Below, one piece after another: positions 25,254 through 36,773 of a DNA stretch of 64,000 nucleotides. Made by a program: the position numbers and the translations under genes. Location: contig OX597839.1 of the NCBI GenBank assembly GCA_951406725.2, forward strand, positions 3,782,001-3,846,000, in the 5' to 3' direction. The stretch's first letter is position 1; each line of letters starts with the position of its first letter. The DNA comes from Octopus vulgaris (taxonomy: Eukaryota). Under the pieces are notes generated by a model that searched no databases, was not told where the DNA came from, and saw nothing but the letters and a program-made list of their open reading frames with translations.

Positions 25254-25353
25254 TATCTGATCAAACACTTAGGACATTTATAAATGCTGATCTCCTTCAA
25301 ACAGGATTCACACTTATTTGGCTTCTTTGTAAGTTTCCTCATTTTTGGAGCAT
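25254..25353 (-). CDS. ZNHIT3: ZNHIT3 exon 2 (zf-HIT, first part)
   Basis: APKMRKLTKKPNKCESCLKEISIYKCPKCLIRY; TTTTAG acceptor, GTGAGT donor; in-frame ATG also at 25342. Confidence 0.9.
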
Positions 25354-26633
25354 CTAAAAAACAGGGAAAAAAAAAAAAGAATGAAATAATAAAGTCAGTA
25401 TTACAAATAGTTTATCTCTCACCCACTCATCATACATACATATAAATACATATATAGGTGCAGGAGTGGCTGTGTGGTAAGTAGCTTGCTAACCAACCAC
25501 ATGGTTCCGGGTTCAGTCCCACTGCATGGCATCTTGAGCAAGTGTCTTCTGCTATAGCCCCGGGCCGACCAATGCCTTGTGAGTGGATTTGGTAGACGGA
25601 AACTGAAAGAAGCCCGTCGTATATATGTATATATATATGTGTGTGTGTGTGTATTTGTGTGTCTGTGTTTGTCCCCCAAGCATTGCTTGACAACCAATGC
25701 AGGTGCGTTTACGTCCCCGTCACTTAGCGGTTCGGCAAAAGAGACCGATAGAATAAGTAGTGGGCTTACAAAGAATAAGTCCCGGGGTCGATTTGCTCGA
25801 CTAAAGGCGGTGCTCCAGCATGGCCGCAGTCAAATGACTGAAACAAGTAAAAGAGAATATACATATATATAAATAAGTAATTAGTAATGGATTTCTCCGA
25901 ATGTTTACTGGTCTGTTTACAGTTAGGTATTCAAAAGTTAGTATATAAATCCAATAATAATTCTCATACGATAAAGATATTAGAGTGAAAATCTTGAAGA
26001 AACTGCACTGGTATTATAGTAGGGTGGTAACTTCAATGGTTACTAATCAATGGAATAGATACGTGTATGTCTATTTGAAGCAGTATATATATATATATAC
26101 ATATATAATTAATCAATATAGGGTGGCAAAAAAAATTTTGTAGAATTTTTTTGCCACCAGCGGCCTAGTGGGAAAAAATTAAATAGTCATAGACCATTTA
26201 TAAGTTCAACATCACAATCAAGGAACGGCCATAATAGGCCATTCACCCACTAGATTCCACTGGTTGATTCCGTAATGGAATCGGCGGCTTATATTTATTT
26301 GCTGCCGATAAATTTGGTGCGAGTGCGATGATTTGAAAATTTTAGGTCAGATATTGCCGAGGCAGGGACAGAAATGCCTTGTGAAAATATCTGTTCCGTT
26401 CTGGCTATTTCTTACTGACGAATCTAAGGGCCTATGGAAGATTGGCTTGATTTAATTTAATCAGGTTAGTTTACCATTAAACAGTAGATGAAACGGTGCA
26501 TCGTATAAGAAATTACAGGGTAAATGTTTTTTAATTTTCTCCTGGTTTGCGGAATTAATGTTATTTTGCGGTTGAAGCTTTGGCTGTTATTTCTAGTGGG
26601 TGAATGGCCTATTATGGCCGTTCCTTGATTGTG

Positions 26634-26676
<43 letters not shown>

Positions 26677-28156
26677 TATATATACATATACACATATAAC
26701 GGAATTGTAGGTAACGTTAATGCTACTTCATAATAATCATTATTATTATAATTATCATTATATATATATATATTTTCGACCTCGTGTGTACCGTTGGCGA
26801 TTTTTTTCCTCTGTCTTCCCTTCTCGGGATCTTTCCTTCTCCTAGGTTTCCAACGAAGAGCTCCGCTCGAAACATTAAACCCTCCTTCTTCCCTTCTTTC
26901 CTGAGCGTCCAATAATACTATATTTGTTCCACGTCCTCGCGTTGTTGTGTTTTTTTGTTTTCTTGCTTGGATTAACTATATATATATATATATACACATA
27001 TGAGAGGGATGACCACTATGTGGACAACCCGTATGCTAGAAGTAGATCCACTAAGACCACAGCAGATCTACTTCTAGCATAAGGGTTGTCCACATAGTGG
27101 TCATACTTCTCATATGTATATAACACAATTTACTGAGCCTTTAGATTTTATATTCTAGACCACAGGTGTAAAATTGATGTTAATTAAATTAATATCCAAT
27201 TTCTCACCCTCATTTTAAATTTATATATATTAATATTAGAGAATTTATTTCCAAGTCCACAGTGGTACTAAAACGAATTTCCCACTGTATTATATATATA
27301 TATATATATAAAGGGGTAAAGACCCCCTTCGGTCATGAATGACCATGGGATTGCACCTAGAAAGTTACCCTCCTAGACACAAGTCCGGGCAAGGTTGTTT
27401 ATGGAAGACCAGCAGTCGCCCATGCATACCAGCCTCCCCTCTCCACGCCACCAGTGTTTATCCAAGGGAAAGACAAAGGTCGATACAGCATGGCACCAGT
27501 GACGTCGCAACTCATTTCTACAGCTGAGTGAACTGGAGCAACGTGAAATAAAGTGCCTTGCTCAAGAACACAACACACGCCTTCATATATATGTATATAT
27601 ATATATATATATATATGTATAGATAGATAGGTTTAAGAGACAGAACCACCTACAAGCAACTCAATCAACATTGAGCGACATTATCTGTGATAGAGATATA
27701 TAAGATTATATATTATCAACTTAATACCTGCAATTACTATTCTGAATCATATACATTAGATAGACTAAGTGCGTTTCATGACAATATATCTATCGATATT
27801 GCTAACATAGGTCTCGGAATTCAATACTATTCAGACATTCTTTATAAGCCTAGCACTTATTCTATCAATCTCTTTTGCCAAACCGCAAAGTTACTAGGAT
27901 GTAAACACACCAACAATGGTGGGCGGACAAACACAAACACACAAATACATCCATATATATATATATATATATATACATACACAGACACACGATGGGCTTC
28001 TTTCAGTTTCCATCTTCCACATCCACTCACAAGTCTTTGGTCAGCCCAAGGCTATAGTAGAAGACACTTGCCCAAGGTGCCATGCAGTAGGACTGAACCT
28101 GGAGTCATGTGGTTGGAAAGCAAGCTTTTTACCATACAGCCACGCCTGTGTGTCTG

Positions 28157-28166
28157 TATATGTATA

Positions 28167-28226
<60 letters not shown>

Positions 28227-28423
28227 TATATATATACACACATATATATATATACACATATATATATAGATATATATACATACATATGTATACATATATA
28301 TATATATATATATATACATATATATATACATACATATATATATATACATACATATATATACATACACATTTATACATACACATATATACATACACATATA
28401 TACATACACATACATATATATAT
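28157..28423. repeat. Compound (TA)/(CA) microsatellite (others at ~12848-13030, 35496-35583, 52347-52451)
   Basis: Direct inspection. Confidence 0.95.
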
Positions 28424-30944
28424 AATCTAATATAGACAGCAGTGTGCAATGTGTTACCAAAACTATAATTGCCACTAAATATAACTAGGGTGTTAGAACA
28501 CCTACACTGCTAAAAATAAGAGCTATACATATATATACAAAATAAGAAAATGGAGAAATACACCTTAATCAATAATCAACTACCAGATAATACCCATTCA
28601 CATAATTTATTAACCAACTACATATGAACATCAAAATCAAACATAATAGTACAGAACAAAACAGTGCATATCAATGAGTAATATGATACAAATAGATGAT
28701 TGTGTGTGTGTGTGTGTGTTTGTCCACCCACCAACGTTTGACAACCGGTGTTGGTGTGTTTATCTCCCCATAACTTGGTTCGACAAAGGAGACCAATAGA
28801 ATAAGCACCAGGCTTACAAGGAATAAGTCATGGGGGTTGATATTTGCTCAACTAAAAGCGGTGCTCCAGCATGGCCGCCGTCAAATAAAAAGAATGGAAG
28901 AAGAATATATATATGCACTTGATATGTCCAATTAATCAGTCCTCACAGTTTTCCTTTCTGTGTACAAAATTCTTGAAGGCAACAAAGAGGAATCTATTGC
29001 CAATAAATTTTGAATCCATTCTCTCAATCGTTTTCATGCCATTGTTGATACGTGGCACAGCTTGGCGAAAATTACTGCTATAATTAGTTGGTGTTGCCAT
29101 GCGTAGACTTAGCAGCAGTCAGTTTCTGCTTATAAATGAAACTATTTCTCATCTATAGTTAGAAAGTGTTCTTTCTGACCTATATAATGTTAGACCTGAA
29201 CTTTATCACCTTCTGTTAACTATCTCAAATGGTTATATCACCACCACCACCACCACCACTACTGCCACTGCCATCATCATCATCTATGGCAGACGAAAAC
29301 TGAAAAGAACCTGTTGTGTGAGTGTGTGTGTCATCATCATCATTTAATGTCAATTTTCCATGCTGGCATGGGTTAGATGGTTTGACAGGAACTGATCAGC
29401 TGAAGGGCTGTTCAGGCTCCCTGTCTGTTTTGGCGTGGTCTCTACAGCTGGATGCCCTTCCTAATGCTAACCATTTTACAGAGTGCACTGGGTGCTTTTT
29501 GAGTGGCACCAGCACTCACAAGCCTGCAAGATGCTCAGCTGGAAGGGGTCGCAAGGGATGAGCCTGTATGCAAGGGCAACCACACTTTTGCTTAGTTTGA
29601 TGTGTTTTTTCAAGCACATAAATAATACACAGGTGTGGATGTGTAGTAAGAAGCTTGCTTTCTCAACCATATGGTCCAGGGTTCAGTCCCACTGCATGAC
29701 ACCTTCGGCAAGTGTCTTCCACTATAAGCCTCAGGACAACCAAGGTTTTGTCAGTCGATTTGGTAGACAGAAACTGAAAGAAGCCTATTGTATATATGCA
29801 TACATGCGTATACACAGATACATATATATTAGTGACCCCCTTCAGTTATAAATGACCATGGGACTGCACCTAGAAAGTCACCCTTTGAAGCACAAGTCTG
29901 GGCAAGGTTTAAGGAAAACCAGCAGTCGCCCATGCATACCAGCCTCCTCTCTCCACGCTACTGATGCTATCCAAGGGAATGGCAAAGGCCGATACAGCAC
30001 CAATGACATCGCAAGAAAAAAGAAATCCTTCCCCCACCCCCCAATCTTTTATTCATACGAACGTGACTGATATGAAATATGTCATAAATAACAGTGACAA
30101 ATTTAATAGAGACCGCAGGAAATTGTTGTTGACAAACAATTGCAGTAATTGTATTCACCTCAATAGATGTCATTGATTGGTTGAAATTGCCGAAATGCAA
30201 GAAATAGCTTACAAACAACAGAATTTTCTCAAGAAAGCCAAGAGAAAAAGATGTTTTATGTAACACATTCGACCAGTATATGAAGTTTAAAAGTGTTTAG
30301 TTACAAAGAAATAATTTTTTAAATCTGCCGGTCAAAGTGAAAAGATCCCTTCTCTGTCTCTCTCTAACCTTTCATCATCTGACACAAGTTCTCCACCTCA
30401 AATGCCCACACCCTTCTCAAAATCCTTTATCATGTGAGTTACTTGGTGACCCTGCCGGTGTTGGTGCCACGTAAAAAGCATCCAGTCCACACTGAAAAGC
30501 AGTTGGCATTTGAAAGGGCATTCAGCCGTAAAAATCATGCCAAAACTAACTTCGCCAACACTAGTGCCAACGTGAAAAGCACAGAGTTCACTTTGCAGAG
30601 TGGTTGATGTTAGGAAGGGCATCCAGCCGTAAAAATTCTGCCAAAACAGATACAGTAACCTGGGGTAGTCTTCTGCCTGGCCGACTCCTGTCAACCATCC
30701 TACCCATGCATGCATGGAAGACAGACATTAAACGATGATGATGATGACAATGATGGTGTATAGGTTGGTCAGGACATCTAGGTCCCAAGTCCTTCTAGGC
30801 AAAGAAGAATATGTCCCAGGCGGAGATAAAGAATCCACGCACCATCCGTTTTCGGCGTAACAAAAACCCTAACCAGCGGGTGCACGTATTCTTTACATTC
30901 GCCCATGTCTCATTCAAATGTATGTGAGTGTGTGGTATACAGTC

Positions 30945-31169
30945 CGAGCTGGCAGAAACGTTAGCACGCCGAGCGAAATGCTTAGCGGTATTCCGTCTGC
31001 GTTACGTTGTGAGTTCAAATTCCGCCGAGGTCGACTTTGCCTTCCATCCTTTCGGGGTCGATAAATTAAGTACCAGTTACGCACTGGGGTCGATGTAATC
31101 GACTTAATACCTATGTCTGTCCTTGTTTGTCCCCTCTGTGTTTAGCCCCTTGTGGGTAATAAAGAAATA
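30945..31169 (+). mobile_element. SINE family B (Meta-domain-like; other copies at ~8145-8370, 10372-10575, 35052-35280, 47495-48445, 50757-51312, 54874-55280, 61076-61510)
   Basis: tRNA-like head GAGCTGGCAGAA..GAGTTCAAATT; core GCCTTYCATCCTTTCGGGGTCGATAAATTAAGTACCAG; 11-bp TSD GGTATACAGTC. Confidence 0.85.
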
Positions 31170-31505
31170 GGTATACAGTCTGCGGTGGAAGGGCCCCGAA
31201 ACAGCTATAGAACTTCTTCACCACTTGATAAAACACCAACTCCTACATTTGGAGGTGGAGAACAACAACTCTCAGCGCACAAGTGTTTGTATGTGGCTAT
31301 AGAGACGTCTCGCGTATATAAACACGTCATCAGTTTTGAAACACGTGTATTTGTATAAACACCGAAGATGTGTGAGAATGCAGAAAAGTCCTGTGTTTAA
31401 ACACACATGTCATCGCTATATTCGTCAAATACACGTAAGTATATACATGTTCATATACACATATGTTTGGTTAAAGACCGTAAACAAAACACAAATACCA
31501 TATTA

Positions 31506-31880
31506 CTAGCAGTATCGCCCGGCGTTGCTCGGGTTTGTTTCGACCCTTTAGAATTGGAATTTTTGAAAAGTAAATATTTTGCATTATGTAGCTTGTTATT
31601 CTCTTTAAGTGAACATTTTTCTGCTTGAAATACACCGACAAATGGCGATACAGCAGTTAAAAAATTGTAAAAATAGGGATTTTCATAGAAAAAAAAGCAA
31701 CTTTTGGTCTTTACATGGTCCGATTTGAATTTTTTCTTCTACGGAAGGAAGAGCAAGCCTTCTTCTATCATACTCTCAATTTTGGTCAACTTGCGCCGCA
31801 GGGTCTCGGAGGAGATAGAGTTAGTTGAAGGCTACCAAACCTGCCATACACAGACAACTTCAGCTTTATATATAGAGAGA
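31506..31880 (-). mobile_element. Complete non-autonomous Helitron
   Basis: Minus strand A|TCTCTCTATATATAAAG ... CCCGAGCAACGCCGGG-CGATACTG-CTAG|T; AT target, no TSD. Confidence 0.8.
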
Positions 31881-33987
31881 TTCGTGACAGCTATTCCGAA
31901 AGTCCGCCTATATAAACACACACACACCCATACACAGGGGAAGCGTCGAATTAGCGGTCCTTCGAGCGTCGGTAGAATATTTCGCAGTATTTATTCCACC
32001 TCATTGCCTTTCTAGTTAGTCTTCGAGGCAATTCTCCACCTATTCCTTCTTCTCTCTCTCTCTCTCTGGGCAGACCTGCTGATGGACTGGTCCTCACTTG
32101 ATCTAAAAATGCCCAAGATACGCCGTGTGTCAGGACAGCATCTCCTATGACTCCGTCAGAAGTTAAGGGCCCAAGGCAAAGACACAAGCACACACATATA
32201 TCCATCAGACTGCGTGTGTGCGTAAACGTGCGCGTGAGTTGTTATAGAAACGCCCAATGTGTAAATATGTCGTCAATACACAGGTGTGTATACATCGAAG
32301 ACAGGAAGAAAAACCCGATATGTCGTGCATACACATGCATCACACACACACAAGTCCAGTTCATTTAACTTTTTTACCTTTTCATTTTTTTAATCGCCAA
32401 TCCAAGAACAACAGAAAATGGCGAGCAAAAATCAACGCCGAGATCGAAAAAGCAAAAACGTTGCTGTATTTATGGCTGGAATGGTTACAGTTATAATCAT
32501 GTTCGTAAAAATTCTGCCCAAACAGATACAGTAGCCTGGGGTAGTCTTCTGCCTGGCCGACTCCTGTCAACCATCCTACAAGAATAAAAGCGGTAAAAAG
32601 CGATCGGCCAGTGTGGGTCAAATCGTGGTGGTCACCAATGGACAGCTGATGAAGAAAACTTTCCGTAACGTAATTGAAATATTAATAAGTTTCAACAACA
32701 ATCATCCATCCATCTATCTCCTATACCCACTATTTCTGAGGTCATGGGGCAGAGTCCTTAGGTACCTTCTCCATGGGCCCCTATTAGAAGCATCCGTAAT
32801 TACACTTTCCGATACGATTCCCAAACATGGCTAAAAGAAATTATAGATATCCAATCTTCCTGGTTTTGGTCTAGTCCTGGGTCACCTGCCGGTTACTTCG
32901 GTTAATTCATCTTACGATTCTTTCCTGTTTTCAGAAGATTTTAGTGAATTTTTGTTCTACATGTGGGAATTCATACGATTATTAAAAAAAAAAAAATTAG
33001 CATCTAATTTTTTAAATCCTCCATCCAATAAATCCGAAAATCTCTACTCCTTTTCCATTTTTTTTTTAAATCAGAGTTTAAAATACGGACTGTCCGAACT
33101 TTTTTGTTTAAATCCGAGCAAAGGAGCACCCTTGGGTACATCATCATTCCATCAAATATGTTTATTAGGTGAAAAATATTGAAAAACATCAATGTGGTTC
33201 AGTCCCACTGCGTGACATCTTGGGCAAGTGTCTTCTGCTATAGCCCCGGGCCGACCAATGCCTTGTGAGTGGATTTGGTAGACGGAAACTGAAAGAAGCC
33301 CGTCGTATATATGTATATATATATGTGTGTGTGTGTCTCTGTTTGTCCCCCTAGCATTGCTTGACAACCGATGCTGGTGTGTTTACGTCCCCGTTACTTG
33401 GCGGTTCGGCAAAAGATACCGATAGAATAAGTACTGGGCTTACAAAGAATAAGTCCCAGGGTTGATTTGATCGACTAAAGGCGGTGCTCCAGCATGGCCG
33501 CAGTCAATTGACTGAAACAAGTAAAAGAGTAAAAGAGTGTCAGAATGACAAAGAGAGGGGACAGTATCAGGTGGTCATGAGGTTTGCTAAAAATAACAGC
33601 TAAATCCCCCATAAATCACACATTTTTTTTTTATGTATAATCGCATGATTATACAAATTTTTTGTATAATCGTATGTACTCCCGTGTGTAGAATACAACT
33701 TCGCAAACATTTTCTGAAAATCATAAAAACTAAAAAAAGTTATGAAGGGTTCTATGGGGTGCTTAAACCAGAACTCCGCCCGGTTTTCTGCTCACATGGT
33801 TTTTGTTTTTAAGATGTGTTTACAAAAAGATGCATTAAATGACAGATTATAACAAAGAATACAAGCAAAATATATAAAGGAAAGGTCAAAAGACATGTTA
33901 TATAATGACAGTTATGTCGAAATACGTTATAATATAAATAATTTAAAGCATTAAGGTCAGGCTGAAAATAATTTAAGAATTTCTTAC

Positions 33988-33991
33988 ACAT
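33988..33991 (-). CDS. ZNHIT3: ZNHIT3 putative first coding exon (ATG plus 1 nt)
   Basis: minus strand reads ACTTCCTGTCTGTCAGCCGTCAAC-ATG-T|GTAAGA; phase 1 matches the acceptor at 25353, giving MYAPKMRK. Confidence 0.6.
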
Positions 33992-34007
33992 GTTGACGGC
34001 TGACAGA

Positions 34008-34015
34008 CAGGAAGT
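34008..34015 (-). promoter_or_regulatory. ETS-type motif at the probable ZNHIT3 start
   Basis: CAGGAAGT on the + strand, about 16 nt upstream of the proposed ATG. Confidence 0.4.
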
Positions 34016-34274
34016 CAAGCTCTTGATCGGAAGTTAATAACATTAATCTCCTGCAGAAAATGAGTAAAGACCTCGTAGTTCGGCTAAAATGATCAGTTAC
34101 GATTGGCCGTGCTGGGATTACCAGGAAGGATTTGGGTCGAACAAATTTACCCCGATACTTTTTTTTTAAAGCCTGCTACTTATTCTATCGGTTTCTTGGG
34201 CCGAGCAGCTACGTTATGCTGGGGGACGTAAACAAACAAACACCTATTTTCAAGCAGTGTTGGGGGATAAACAC

Positions 34275-34696
34275 GGGATCTTTTCGGTTTGAACGGCAGT
34301 TTTTTCAAGCGGTGTCATATAAAATTGTTCCCCATAATTATGACCCTAGTATCGATCTGTTGCATTTCAATTTGTTTTAGGGTTAGGGTTGGTTAGGGTT
34401 AGGTGGAAGGGTATCTTTTTTTCTCCACAAATGTAAATAAACCCAATCTGTTTCTTAAACTAAGGACATATTCATACGGCACAGAATGTTTTCACCTCAA
34501 TAGACGTCATTGATTGGTTGAAATTGCAGAAATTGAAAAAAAAAACAACAAATATCTTACAAACTATAAAATTTTCTCAATAAAACCAAGAGAAAAAAAT
34601 GTTTTATAAACACATTCTACCAGTATACGAAGATTAAAAGTGTTTAGTTACGTGGAAATTATTTCAAAAAACTGCCGTTCAAACCAAAAAGATCCC
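34275..34696. mobile_element. TIR MITE with internal TTAGGG repeats (partial copy at ~30155-30349)
   Basis: TIRs GGGATCTTTTCGGTTTGAACGGCAGTTTTTT / AAAAAACTGCCGTTCAAACCAAAAAGATCCC. Confidence 0.8.
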
Positions 34697-35495
34697 TATC
34701 ACTTTCTTGGGCCGAACAGCTACGTTATGCTGGGGGACGTAAACAAACCAACATCTATTTTCAAGTAGTGTTGGGAGATAAACACGATGACACACGCACA
34801 TATAAATACATACAGATACAGACACACACACACACACATCCTCCTCATCATCGTCGTTTAACGTCCGCTTTTCCATGCTAGCATGGGTTGGACGATTTGA
34901 CTGAGGACTAGCAAACCAGATGGCTGCACCAGGCTCCAGTCTCAATCTGGCAGAAATTCTACAGCTGGATGCCCTTCCTAATGCCAACCACTCCGAGAGT
35001 GTAGTGGGTGCTTTTACGTGCCACCAGCACGAGGGCCAGTCAGGCGGTACTGGCGAGCTGGCAGAAACATTAGCACGCCGGGCGAAATGCTTAGAAGTAT
35101 TTCGTCTGTTGTTATGTTGTGAGTTCAAATTCCGCCAAGGTCGACTTTACCTTTCATCCTTTCGGGGTCGATAAATTAAGTACCAGTTATGCACTGGGGT
35201 TGATGTAATCAACTTAATACCTATGTCTGTCCTTGTTTGTCCCTTCTATGTTTAGCCCCTTGTGGATAGTAAAGAAATAGGTACTGGCAACGGCCACGCT
35301 CAAATGGTGTTTTTTACGTGCCACCTGCACAGGAGCCAGTCCAACAGCACTGCCAACGACCTCGCTTGAATGTTTACCCATGAACCATCAACACAAGTGC
35401 TAGTAAGGCAACGCTGGTTACAATCACGCTCAAATGGTGGTTTATACATGCCACCAGCATGACGTGCCACATATACATACATACATAGGATCTAT

Positions 35496-35586
<91 letters not shown>

Positions 35587-36462
35587 CGCAGGAGTGGCTG
35601 TGTGGTAAGTAGCTTGTTTACCAACCACATGGTTCCAGGTTCAGTCCCACTGCGTGGCACCTTGGGCAAGTGTCTTCTACTATAGCCTTGGGCCGACCAA
35701 AGCCTTGTGAGTGAATTTGGTAGATGGAAACTGAAAGAAGCCCGTCGTATATATGTATATATATGCATGTGTGTGTTTGTGTCTCTGTGTTTGTCCCCCT
35801 AGCATTGCTTGACAACCGATGCTGGTGTGTTTATGTCCCCGTTACTTAGCGGGCTTAGTAAGTACTGGGCTTACAAAAGAATAAGTCCCGGGGGTCGAGT
35901 TGCTCGATTAAAGGCGGTGCTCCAGCATGGCCGCAGTCAAATGACTGAAACAAGTAAAAGAGTAAAAGAGAGAGAATATGTAGGTGAGGGAAAACAGACG
36001 TTAAATGATGATGATGATGATTGTTAAAGGTGGGTGAACTGGCAAAACTGTTGACATACCAAACAAAATACTTAGGGGTATTTCATCCATTATTCTGTTC
36101 TGAGTTCAAATTCTGTTATGGCCATTACTGTCTCAAGTTTTAGGTCTCATAGGGTCAGTTACCTAGTTTCCATAATGTATAAGCGGCCAAAATCACATTT
36201 TCCTTGAACAGGACACCATTCCGTTGCAGAGTTACCTATTTACAGCTGAGTGGACTGGGCTAATGGGAAATTAAGTGTTTTGCACAAGAATACAATGCAC
36301 CGCCCAGTCCAGGAATTGAAACCATGGTCCAAAAGGATGGAGGGCAAAGTCAACCTCAGTGAGGTCTGAACTCAGAGCTCAAAGGGTCAGGAGAAAAAAT
36401 ACTACAAAGCATTCTGCTCTAACAACCCTGCCAGTCCCTATGGTAAGGCTAGTAGATTAGAA

Positions 36463-36773
36463 TCTTCTTCTTCTTCTTCTTCTCCTCCTTCTTCGTCTTC
36501 TCCTCCTTCTTCTTCTTCTCCTCCTCCTCCTTCTTCTTTTCCTTCTTCTTCTCCTCTCCTTCTTCTTCTTCTTCGCCTCTTCTTCTTCCTCTTCTTCTTA
36601 TCTTTCTTCTTCTCCTTCTCCTCCTTCTTCTTCTTCTCCTCCTCCTTCTTTTCATTCTTCTCCTTCTTCTTTTCCTTCTTCTCCTCCTCCTCCTTCTTTT
36701 CCTTCTTCTTCTCCTCCTCCTTCTTCTTTTCCTTCTTCTTCTTCTTCTCCTCTCCTCCTCCTCCTCCTCCTTC
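36463..36773. repeat. Polypyrimidine (CTT/CTC)n tract
   Basis: ~310 bp of almost pure C/T. Confidence 0.95.

Noticed and set aside
27687-28475. Long Y/I/H/T-rich ORFs
   Set aside because: Translations of TA/CA microsatellite and SINE sequence.
28936-29100. 54-aa minus-strand ORF MATPTNYSSNFRQAVPR... in ZNHIT3 intron 1
   Set aside because: No recognisable homology or splice signals; the length is compatible with chance.
34377-34403. Interstitial telomere or chromosome fusion site
   Set aside because: Only about 4 units, internal to a TIR element, with no head-to-head arrangement.
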